Below, in pieces: positions 18,451 through 26,366 of a DNA stretch of 60,176 nucleotides (within the stretch, counting starts at the first letter, position 1; every line of letters starts with the position of its first letter). The notes beneath the pieces are model-generated. The model ran no database searches. It had not been told where the DNA came from and saw nothing but the letters and a program-made list of their open reading frames with translations. The position numbers and the translations under genes were made by a program. Origin of the DNA: Terriglobales bacterium (GTDB lineage Bacteria; Acidobacteriota; Terriglobia; Terriglobales; Acidobacteriaceae); assembly GCA_036001865.1 (NCBI GenBank), contig DASYTX010000096.1, positions 1 to 60,176 on the forward strand, written 5' to 3'.

Positions 18451-18485
18451 TCAGTTCTCAGTATTCAGTACTCAGTTCCCAGTGA
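18451..18485. repeat. five tandem heptamers immediately 3' of tmRNA
   Basis: The array is TCAGTTC TCAGTAT TCAGTAC TCAGTTC CCAGTGA and starts 6 nt after the tmRNA CCA end. Confidence 0.75.
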
Positions 18486-18535
18486 ACCACGCCCGAGCGC
18501 GGCCGTTTGCTCGGAATCTGAGTTGCTATAGCGCC

Positions 18536-18569
18536 CGAAACAAGATCGCCCGGTCATATTGACCGGGCG
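18536..18569 (-). terminator. hairpin terminator downstream of the STAS gene (possibly bidirectional with ssrA)
   Basis: A 10-bp stem, CGCCCGGTCA-TAT-TGACCGGGCG, spans 18547-18569. On the minus strand it is followed by ATCTTGTTTC. Confidence 0.5.
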
Positions 18570-18602
18570 GGCATAGAAACCGCGTCGCCGAGGGCGGCTA
18601 CT

Positions 18603-18959
18603 TCACGCCGTGGCCCGCTTCTGGAAGGCCGCGATGGCCGCGTCGACGTTGTCGTAGCAATCAAACACGGTCATCAGCTTGGTGATCTGCAGCAGGTCAC
18701 GCACGCGCTGCGTCAGGTTGGCCAGCTTGATCTCCCCGCCGGCGGCACGGGCCGAGCTGTAGAGCCCCACCAGGGTACCCAGGCCTCCGCTGTCGATGTA
18801 GGTGACGCCACCCAGGTCGAGCACGATTTGGCGCGTCTCCCCGAGCAGCCCCTTGATCTTCTCCCGCAGCTCCGCCGCCTCTTCCCCAAAGACTATCCGC
18901 CCGCTGCAGTTCACCACCGCAACCGGGCCGAGGGTGCGCGTGAATATCTTCAAAGCCAT
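18603..18959 (-). CDS. STAS-domain anti-sigma-factor antagonist (second copy)
   Basis: [52 protein letters not shown] is paralogous to 14452..14799. I prefer the ATG at 18959 over the track start at 18983. Confidence 0.8.
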   Translation of the reverse strand: MALKIFTRTLGPVAVVNCSGRIVFGEEAAELREKIKGLLGETRQIVLDLGGVTYIDSGGLGTLVGLYSSARAAGGEIKLANLTQRVRDLLQITKLMTVFDCYDNVDAAIAAFQKRATA

Positions 18960-19197
18960 ATGGCCGTCTCCCCGCCAGTACAAAGCACAATTTGCGGGGA
19001 CAGCCTACCCCGATAAAGGGCTGGTTGCAAGCAGGAACAGGCGCATGGCGTACCTGCCATTATCGTTTGGCCTCATAGCCTTCGCCGCGAGAGAAACTGC
19101 TTTGGAAGTAGAGATGTAGCATGCTACGTCTCCACAGTTAGGAGTTGGAAGCTAGCGGCTGGTAGCCGCCACGCGCCATCGTATAATCGAAACTTCC

Positions 19198-20964
19198 ATG
19201 AGCTACCAGGTCCTGGCGCGCAAGTATCGTCCTCAACACTTCTCTGATGTAATCGGTCAGGACCACGTCACCCGCACGTTGAAGAACGCCATCGAGCAGG
19301 GCCGCATCGCGCACGGCTACATATTCAGCGGCCACCGCGGGATCGGCAAGACCACCGTGGCGCGCATCCTAGCCATGGCGCTCAACTGCCGCTCCGCCGA
19401 CCGCCCCGTGACCGAGCCCTGCGGTACTTGCGACTCCTGCGTGGAGGTCCGCGAAGGCCGCTCGGTTGACGTGATCGAGATTGACGCCGCTACCAACCGC
19501 GGCATCGACGAAATCCGCGAGTTGCGCGAAGCTGCTCGTTATCGGCCCGCACGCGACCGCTACAAGGTCTGGATCCTGGACGAGGCGCATCAGATCACCG
19601 AAGCCGCCTTCAATGCCCTGCTGAAGACGCTGGAGGAACCGCCGCCGCATGTTGTTTTCATGATGGCGACCACACAGCCTGAGGACATCCCGCAGACCAT
19701 CCGCTCACGCTGCCAGCACTTCAGCTTTCACGCCGTGCGCTTTGAGGAAATCGTCGGCCAGTTGCGCGAGATCGCTCAACGCGAGGGCATCCAGGCCGAC
19801 GATAATGCCCTGGCCATGCTGGCCGAGGCCGGCGACGGCTCTATGCGCGACGCGCTTTCCATCATGGACCAGGCCATCGCCTGCTGCGGCACCACGCTCA
19901 CTGCCGACCTGGTGCGCAGCCTGGTCGGTGCGGTCCCCTCCGAAGTGCTCGAGCAGGTGATGGATGCAGTCGCTAACAACTCCAGCCAGGACGTGCTCCG
20001 CCTGGTGGACAAGCTGGTAACCGAGGGCCATAACCCCACCCACTTTGCCCGACAAATGGTGCGCTTCCTGCGCAATGCTCTGGTTGCCAAGGTGGCCGGC
20101 GGGGAATCCGCCTTGCTGCAAATCTCCGCCGACGAGCGCGCCCGCGCAGCCCGCGTAGCAGAAAACTTCGGCGAGGAAGACTTGACGCGCTTCCTGCAGA
20201 TCCTCCTCCGCACCCACAGCGAGCTGGCTTACAAGCAAGAACAGCGCTTCCATCTGGAGCTCGGCCTGCTGAAGATGGTGCACGCGCAGCGGCTCCTACC
20301 CATCGAGCAGGCTCTGACCGAAGCTGCCGCGCAGAAAGGTGCAGGAGGGCGCAGCGAAGTCATCCCTCGCATCGCCGCATCGCGCGAACCTTCTGAGGAG
20401 CGTACTGCCGCGCCTCCCGCAGATCGTCAGCCACGTACCTCACCGTTCCAGGCCGATTTGGCGAGGAAGCGCAGCAACCCAGAGATGTCGACCCAAGGGC
20501 AGCCAGCCGCCCACGGAACCGGGCTGGCGGTGGTCGAAGCCCCTCAAGTAACCGTTGAAGAAAGCCCCACGAGCTGTGGCGTCGAGCGCATCCGCGCAGA
20601 CGTGCTCTCTGCTCTAGAGAACGCCAACCATCGCCTGCTCGCCTCGATGCTGGAGCGCGGGCAGTGGAGCGTACAAGGTGGCGAGGCGGTGATCCGAGTG
20701 GCCGAGTCGGCGCGCATCGTCGAGATGTCCTTTGGCGCTGAACCTAAGCGAGTGGCCACAGCCGCCGCCACAGCCGCCGCCAGCCGGCCCCTCCGCCTGC
20801 GTGTGGTCGGCAACGAAGGCGGTAACGGCAGCCCGCGTCCGCAACCCAACGGCTCCCTTTCGGCTGCCGACCGCGCTGCTCAGGATCCTCTCGTGCGCCG
20901 CATGCAGGAGAAGTTCGGCGCTGAGATCCGCTCCGTTATCGACTACCGCGACAAGCAGCGCTAA
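19198..20964 (+). CDS. dnaX: DNA polymerase III subunit gamma/tau
   Basis: YRPQHFSDVIGQ, Walker A GHRGIGKTT, a Zn module CRSADRPVTEPCGTCDSC, ILDEAH and SRC are all present. Confidence 0.95.
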   Translation: MSYQVLARKYRPQHFSDVIGQDHVTRTLKNAIEQGRIAHGYIFSGHRGIGKTTVARILAMALNCRSADRPVTEPCGTCDSCVEVREGRSVDVIEIDAATNRGIDEIRELREAARYRPARDRYKVWILDEAHQITEAAFNALLKTLEEPPPHVVFMMATTQPEDIPQTIRSRCQHFSFHAVRFEEIVGQLREIAQREGIQADDNALAMLAEAGDGSMRDALSIMDQAIACCGTTLTADLVRSLVGAVPSEVLEQVMDAVANNSSQDVLRLVDKLVTEGHNPTHFARQMVRFLRNALVAKVAGGESALLQISADERARAARVAENFGEEDLTRFLQILLRTHSELAYKQEQRFHLELGLLKMVHAQRLLPIEQALTEAAAQKGAGGRSEVIPRIAASREPSEERTAAPPADRQPRTSPFQADLARKRSNPEMSTQGQPAAHGTGLAVVEAPQVTVEESPTSCGVERIRADVLSALENANHRLLASMLERGQWSVQGGEAVIRVAESARIVEMSFGAEPKRVATAAATAAASRPLRLRVVGNEGGNGSPRPQPNGSLSAADRAAQDPLVRRMQEKFGAEIRSVIDYRDKQR

Positions 20965-21033
20965 GTCCCAGGCACCTCCCAGCCGCCGTGCGCTGGCGTG
21001 GCTGTCCTGTTATCCTGCGCACAGGAGACCCAA

Positions 21034-21345
21034 ATGCCCGGCTTTGATCCGCGCCAGCTACAGGACTTGATGTCGCAGGCCAAGCGACAGGCCGAGGATC
21101 TGCAGAAAAAAATGCAGGAGACCACGGTAGAAGCTTCGGCCGGCGGGGGCAACGTCACCGTCAAGATGAATGGCCAGAAGCAGCTGCTGTCGGTCAGGAT
21201 CGATCCCGAGGCGGTCACCGCCGGCGACTTGGAAATGCTGCAGGATTTGATCGTGGCCGCCGTCAACGAGGCCGGCAGGAAGGTGGATGAGGAGCTGCAG
21301 TCCAAGGTCGGTGGCATGCTGGGAGGACTGGCGGGAATCTTGTAA
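21034..21345 (+). CDS. ybaB: YbaB/EbfC nucleoid-associated protein
   Basis: The ATG at 21034 is preceded by AGGAGA. The sequence ..QAKRQAEDLQKKMQE..VEASAGGGNVTVKMNGQKQLLSVRIDPE matches the family, and the gene sits in the classic position between dnaX and recR. Confidence 0.9.
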   Translation: MPGFDPRQLQDLMSQAKRQAEDLQKKMQETTVEASAGGGNVTVKMNGQKQLLSVRIDPEAVTAGDLEMLQDLIVAAVNEAGRKVDEELQSKVGGMLGGLAGIL

Positions 21346-21410
21346 TTTGTAATTTGTGATTTGTGGATCAGGAGAATCCGAAATCGCAAATCACAAATCA
21401 GAAATCACAA
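21341..21410. repeat. inverted arrays of tandem heptamers (TGTRATT x4, then AAATCRC x4) forming a long imperfect hairpin
   Basis: TGTAATT TGTAATT TGTGATT TGTGGAT spans 21341-21368 and overlaps the ybaB stop. After a 12-nt spacer, AAATCGC AAATCAC AAATCAG AAATCAC AA spans 21381-21410. By hand alignment, about 22 of 27 positions are complementary. Confidence 0.8.
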
Positions 21411-22010
21411 ATGTCAAAGTTCGCCGAGCCCATGGCTCGCTTGATTGACGAGCTGAAGAAGCTGCCCGGCATCGGCAGCAAGAGCGCGCAGCGCCTGGCC
21501 TTTCACATCTTGCGCTCCAGCGACGACGATGCCGAGGCGCTCGCCGCCGCCGTCCGCGACGTCAAAGCAAAGCTGCAGCTCTGTTCCATCTGCAACAACA
21601 TTACCGACGTTGATCCCTGCACCTACTGTTCCAACCCGACCCGCAACCAACGCCTGGTCTGTGTGGTCGAGGAGCCCACCAATATCGCAGCCATCGAAAA
21701 GACCCACAACTACAACGGGGTCTACCACGTGCTGCACGGGTCGATTTCTCCCCTGCACGGCATCGGACCCGAGCAGTTGCGCACCGCCAACCTGGTGCGC
21801 CGCGTTGACGGCCGCCAAGTGGACGAGGTCATCATCGCTACCAATCCCACCGTGGAAGGCGAAGCCACCGCCGTGCATCTTGCCAATCTCATCAGGCGTC
21901 CCGGCCTGAAGGTGACGCGCATTGCTATGGGCATTCCAGTGGGCAGCGACCTTGAGTACACCGACGAGGTCACCATGCTTAAGGCCATGGAAGGCCGCCG
22001 CGAGATCTAA
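21411..22010 (+). CDS. recR: recombination protein RecR
   Basis: [31 protein letters not shown] carries the HhH motif. A C4 zinc finger ([16 protein letters not shown]) and a Toprim domain (VCVVEEP) follow. Confidence 0.95.
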   Translation: MSKFAEPMARLIDELKKLPGIGSKSAQRLAFHILRSSDDDAEALAAAVRDVKAKLQLCSICNNITDVDPCTYCSNPTRNQRLVCVVEEPTNIAAIEKTHNYNGVYHVLHGSISPLHGIGPEQLRTANLVRRVDGRQVDEVIIATNPTVEGEATAVHLANLIRRPGLKVTRIAMGIPVGSDLEYTDEVTMLKAMEGRREI

Positions 22011-22106
22011 CCTGGAAATCGTGATTCGTCAACCGGCCTTCGATAGACAAATCGTTCCTGAGGCTTATGGTGGAGCTAAGAGCTAGCTAAGAGGCAAGGG
22101 CTGATG

Positions 22107-22472
22107 TCATTCCCTTAGCTTCGCAAGCAAATCCTGAGGGTGGACGGGCTTTGCCAGGATCTCGAAGTCGTGTCCGCGGGCGCGCGCATTCTCAAGCAGG
22201 TCGGCGGTGACGGCCTGGCCGGAAAACAACAGGATCTTGCAGGAGGGTAAAAACCGGCGGATCTGGATCGCGGCCTCGATGCCATCCATGTCCGGCATGA
22301 CGACGTCGCTGATGACCAGATCGGGATGCACCGCCCGGGCACGTTCTACGGCTGCCGTTCCACTATACACGGCCGCGGCATCGTAGCCCTGCTGGTTAAG
22401 AATGATGGCCAGCGTGTCGGCAATGACTTGGTGGTCATCTACGACCAGCACTTTCGGCTTCGCCTTGATCAT
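22107..22472 (-). CDS. single-domain response regulator (CheY-like receiver)
   Basis: KVLVVDDH..DLVISDVVMPDMDG..ILLFSGQ..ILAKP contains the receiver Asp pocket and phospho-acceptor. No output domain is present. Confidence 0.85.
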   Translation of the reverse strand: MIKAKPKVLVVDDHQVIADTLAIILNQQGYDAAAVYSGTAAVERARAVHPDLVISDVVMPDMDGIEAAIQIRRFLPSCKILLFSGQAVTADLLENARARGHDFEILAKPVHPQDLLAKLRE

Positions 22473-22849
22473 CTAAAAACCCGCTCCTTTGGATGCAGAA
22501 CCTCGTTAAGACGAAAGCAGATTATAGAGGAGAGAAAGCGCTGTTAGAGGGCGCGCGCGGCCTCGCGGGCTAGCCGGCGACATCGGGCTTATCCTACGAC
22601 TTGACCAGAATCTCGCGGTTCCTGCCAACACCGGCGGCAGGTGAGAACATGGATCAACGGAAAGCGCGGAGCACACGCAAAGATCGCAAGAGGACGTGCT
22701 TTGCACTGCGGTCTTTGTGCATCTATTGCCCTCGGGAATTGAAGCACTCGATAGAAATCCACGGTTAACCAACTCATTTCCCCTGCTTCACACGACATTG
22801 CGGTGGCCATTGCCTTCGGCTAGCATCGGCGAAAAGGAGAGTTGCACCC

Positions 22850-23026
22850 ATGCGCTCCCTGTTGATCCTACTGTGGCTAATGATGTTGGCGATTCCTGCT
22901 GCCGCGGCTGAAAATCTCGGTCTGTGGCTGATTACCCAAAAGCAGCAGACATTGCTGTTGCTGCTCCTGGCCATTGTGGTGGTCGTCCTGCTGATCAAGC
23001 GCAGGCGGCGCCGCCTGGGTAGCTGA
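22850..23026 (+). CDS. possible 58-aa membrane mini-protein (signal peptide, short linker, TM, poly-Arg)
   Basis: The ATG is preceded by AAAAGGAGAG. The sequence is MRSLLILLWLMMLAIPAAAAENLGLWLITQKQQTLLLLLLAIVVVVLLIKRRRRRLGS. It is below the 60-aa cutoff of the supplied ORF track. Confidence 0.35.
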   Translation: MRSLLILLWLMMLAIPAAAAENLGLWLITQKQQTLLLLLLAIVVVVLLIKRRRRRLGS

Positions 23027-23340
23027 AGCGGCACCGCTCCCCCTGGACCGAGCAAGACCGCCCGCAAGACATACCCCGGCCGATCACCGTGCCGCTCTTT
23101 TGGCCAACGACCTGTGGCGGCATTTCAAGCTTCCTCTCCACGGGTGTATTCCGGTACGAGTTGCTCCGCTTGAAATAGCACGCCCGTTTGGGGTTGTTGT
23201 CCTAGCGCATCTAGGGCGAAACCTCTTACCCCATGCCCGACCGCCAAAGGGCCGGCGCTAGCAATGCAGGCATGGCTGTTCACGATCGGCGGCAACTCCG
23301 GAGTGACATCCCTGCTCATACCGGAGCGGAGGTTCATCTT

Positions 23341-24249
23341 ATGCGTTTCGGTGTTGCTGGCGCTCTTACCGCCGTGGTAGTCGCCTTCCTGGCTACACAT
23401 CCCGCTGGAGCCCAATCCCAACCCCAATCGGATACGAGTGCCGCTTCCGAACCTGCTGCCCCGAAGAGAGCACCCGCGGCTCCGGTCGGGGCAATCGACA
23501 TCCGCGCGTGGAACCTCCTAGCGGCCGGCCTGCAAGACGACGATGGCTCGCATCGCGCCGACGCGGTAGCCGCCCTCGGTACCATTGGGCTCCGGAAGCC
23601 TGTAGTGCGCCTTGTTGAGTCAGCTCTTGACGACAAAGATGCCGACGTCCGGCAGGTGGCAGCAGCTGCGCTGGGCGACGTGAAGTCGCGCGCTTCAATC
23701 CCTCGCCTGCGGCAGGCGCTGGCGGATGAATCTCCCGAGGTTCGCTTCACCGCCGCCCGGGCCCTATGGCAGATGGGAGACCGCAGCGGCCGAGACCTCT
23801 TTCTCGGCATTCTCTCCGGCGAAGAGCCTGCGACGGTAGGAATCGTGGAAGGCAAACTCTCTCAAGCGCGAGAGAAGCTGCACAATCCGGTCTCCCTAGC
23901 CCTGATCGGAGCCAGGCACGCGGCTAGCGCGCTACTCGGTCCGTTTGCCATCGGCATTTCCGTCGCCGAGGAATTAAAAAAAGACCCTTCGGCGCCGGCG
24001 TGCGCACTCTCGGCAACTATGCTGGGCCAGGATCCCGACCCGAAATCCTTCCAGCAACTGGTGCTCGCTCTGGGTGACAAGAATTGGGTGGTGCGTTCGG
24101 CGGCCTCCAAGGCCCTCGGCGATATCTCGCACAAGGCGGCCATCCCTCACCTGCAACCCCTGCTGGAAGACGACAAGCGGCCCGTGCGTTACATGGCGGC
24201 CGCCTCCATCGTGCGGCTGGCCCGCGGGTGGCGCCGCCCAGGACGCTGA
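23341..24249 (+). CDS. secreted HEAT-repeat (PBS-lyase-type) protein
   Basis: The ATG follows GGAGCGGAGG and the signal peptide is MRFGVAGALTAVVVAFLATHPAGAQ. Repeated units such as D.D..VR..AA.ALG (DADVRQVAAAALGD, SPEVRFTAARALWQ, NWVVRSAASKALGD, KRPVRYMAAASI) are present. Confidence 0.75.
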   Translation: MRFGVAGALTAVVVAFLATHPAGAQSQPQSDTSAASEPAAPKRAPAAPVGAIDIRAWNLLAAGLQDDDGSHRADAVAALGTIGLRKPVVRLVESALDDKDADVRQVAAAALGDVKSRASIPRLRQALADESPEVRFTAARALWQMGDRSGRDLFLGILSGEEPATVGIVEGKLSQAREKLHNPVSLALIGARHAASALLGPFAIGISVAEELKKDPSAPACALSATMLGQDPDPKSFQQLVLALGDKNWVVRSAASKALGDISHKAAIPHLQPLLEDDKRPVRYMAAASIVRLARGWRRPGR

Positions 24250-24383
24250 TCTCAGCAGCCCGGGCGCAAGCCCTGCGCTGTCTTCCTTAGTTACTCCACA
24301 CCCACTGGAACCATCGGCGTTACCGGCGCTAGGCCATATGCCTGATTGCTCTCTCTTGCGCCCGTTTTCATGATCGCTGCACG

Positions 24384-25043
24384 TTGCCCCAACCGCCGCT
24401 CAACTGCTTTACACGCGTACGTTGGCTGTTCGCCGTGCTGCTGGCACTGGCACTCATTCGCACATTCATCATCGAGCCCTGTGTGGTCCCTACCAGCTCG
24501 ATGGAAGGCACGGTCTTGGTTGGTGACTACCTGCTACTGAACCGGCTGCCGTATGGACCGCGCGTACCTTTCACGCCGTGGCGGCTGCCGCACTCCAAAC
24601 AGCTCAGCGTCGGCGACATCGTCGCGCTGCGGTTCACCGATGATCCGAAAACCGGCTACCTCAAGCGAGTGATCGCCACCGGCGGCGACACCATCGAGAT
24701 CCGCCACGACACCGTTTACGTCAACGGCCTGCCGCTCGCCGAGCCTTACGCAATCCATCGGCGTCGTATCCGGACGCCGGAATCGATGTCGCCCCGTTTC
24801 GTGCCCCCGGGGTGCGTGTTCGTTATGGGAGACAACCGCGACTTCTCCTCCGACAGCCGCGAACGTGGCACGGTGCCGGCGGAAAATGTGAGCGGTAAAG
24901 CCCTAGTTGTCTTCTGGTCCTACCATGCGCCGGCTTCGCTGTTGCTCGACGAGGGCCTCAGCTCTCGCCTGCAGCTCTACACCGCCATGGCACTACAGCG
25001 GCTGCGACACGCGCGCTGGGCGCGTGTCGGCCATCGCTTGTAG
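24384..25043 (+). CDS. lepB: signal peptidase I
   Basis: Box B is PTSSMEGTVLVGD, box D is YLKRVIATGGDTIE and box E is VFVMGDNRDFSSDSR. The start codon is TTG. Confidence 0.85.
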   Translation: MPQPPLNCFTRVRWLFAVLLALALIRTFIIEPCVVPTSSMEGTVLVGDYLLLNRLPYGPRVPFTPWRLPHSKQLSVGDIVALRFTDDPKTGYLKRVIATGGDTIEIRHDTVYVNGLPLAEPYAIHRRRIRTPESMSPRFVPPGCVFVMGDNRDFSSDSRERGTVPAENVSGKALVVFWSYHAPASLLLDEGLSSRLQLYTAMALQRLRHARWARVGHRL

Positions 25044-25072
25044 CGGAAGGATCCAGGTTTTCCGCAGATCGG

Positions 25073-25609
25073 CTACTTACGCGCTCTTTTGACCTCCAGC
25101 TTGTTCACCACCTGGGTGACGTTCGGGACGGAGGCGGCAAGCTTTTCGATCATCCGCCGCTGCTGCGTGGTATCCACATCGCCTTCCAGGGTGAGCACGC
25201 CGTTCTTGGCATCGTAGCGGATGTGCTGGTCGTCGAGCCTGTTGGCCACCAGCGCCGCCTTGAAGTTGTTCTCGATGGCGTCATCCAGATTGCTCGAGAC
25301 CTCGCGCGCTTCGCTCTCAACGCCTTGCGGCCGAACCCCGATCTCGTTGGCTACGACCCAGCCAGGCGCTGCCGACTTGGCCATCTCCGCCGCCCGGTTC
25401 TTCTCGTCTTCCGACTCTACATTCCCGCTGAGGGTGATCACCTTCTTGTCGCGGTCTTCTTTGACGTCGATTTGCTTGAGCCCGGCTTGCTCGAGCGACT
25501 TCGTCACGTTGTCTTTCACCGACTGAGTGCCGGCTTGCTTCGTGGAGCATCCCACCGCCACTGCGAGCGCCAGCACCAATACCACAGAAAGCAGTCGCAC
25601 GTTTCGCAT
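25073..25609 (-). CDS. BON-domain lipoprotein (OsmY-like)
   Basis: The lipobox reads LALAVAVGCS. Two BON-like units are present (..VKEDRDKKVITLSGNVES.. and ..DAKNGVLTLEGDVDT..). Confidence 0.75.
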   Translation of the reverse strand: MRNVRLLSVVLVLALAVAVGCSTKQAGTQSVKDNVTKSLEQAGLKQIDVKEDRDKKVITLSGNVESEDEKNRAAEMAKSAAPGWVVANEIGVRPQGVESEAREVSSNLDDAIENNFKAALVANRLDDQHIRYDAKNGVLTLEGDVDTTQQRRMIEKLAASVPNVTQVVNKLEVKRARK

Positions 25610-25794
25610 ACGACCTCCTGCTGAATTTTCAGGGGAACAGAGCATCAGATGCGACAATCAGCGGCGAGGAGGGCTGAGTGCGAGGCTGGTTCACTGACGT
25701 GAAATGCACAAGAAATGAGGCAAGGTGGCAGGTCCACAGCCACGGATGACGAATGCATCCAAATTCTTCAGCACCTGTTCATGGAGAAGGAGGT

Positions 25795-26085
25795 ATGGGC
25801 CAGAGAAAAAAGAAAAGATGGGTGGCGAGTGTTAAGACCGACTCCACTCATCCTCCTGCCGGACTGTTCACCAAGAGTGCGAACACCATCGCCAGAACAT
25901 TGGCTTCAAAGAAAGTCGCGCCTAAAGGTCCCGCTTCCGGGATGCGGATGCTTACCTACTTCATCAACCGGGCAGGACGGGGCTTGAGCACCAGGAGGAG
26001 AGCGGAGTTGGAAAAGGCAAAGTCCCTGCTTTCAAAACGGGTCCGGCGAAAGAGCGCAAGCCGAAGGCAAGAGACCGCCGCCTGA
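25795..26085 (+). CDS. DUF3175-like small basic protein
   Basis: The ATG follows GGAGAAGGAGG. The pattern KKKRW..S..P.GLF....IA.tLaSKK....SGMRMLTYFINRAGRGLS..RR.ELEKAK is the one I recall for DUF3175. Confidence 0.6.
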   Translation: MGQRKKKRWVASVKTDSTHPPAGLFTKSANTIARTLASKKVAPKGPASGMRMLTYFINRAGRGLSTRRRAELEKAKSLLSKRVRRKSASRRQETAA

Positions 26086-26366
26086 TTTCTAGCGGCACCC
26101 ACGGCCTCCAGCAACCCAGCGGCGGGGAGTAGATTTGAGCCCGCGGCCCTTTGCCGCGATCAGCGTACTCAAGCCGCCCGCGGGCCCGACTCCGAACCGG
26201 GAAGGCCGCCAACCAGCTGCCCTGCCCATGCCGGGATGAGACAAGAAATGGTGCGTGTGTGCAATCGGCCACCGGCGATGCGGGAAACACCGTTATTGAC
26301 CTATGATGTCTTTAAACACGATCGAGCCATCGCCTTGGGTGGTTCCACACAGGAAGAGAAGAAGAG

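Noticed and set aside
18045-19110. An identical 11-mer, TTTGGAAGTAG, upstream of both ssrA and dnaX
   Set aside because: Many exact 11-mer repeats are expected by chance in 60 kb, so the match is not significant on its own.
19198-20964. A programmed frameshift or slippery site in dnaX (gamma versus tau)
   Set aside because: I found no A AAA AAG heptamer or poly-A run in the coding sequence, so there is no evidence for the E. coli or Thermus mechanisms.
21363-21410. An N-terminal extension of recR from GTG 21363, translating the heptamer array as ..[10 protein letters not shown]..
   Set aside because: RecR homologs begin at the equivalent of [22 protein letters not shown]. The extension is just the repeat array read in frame.
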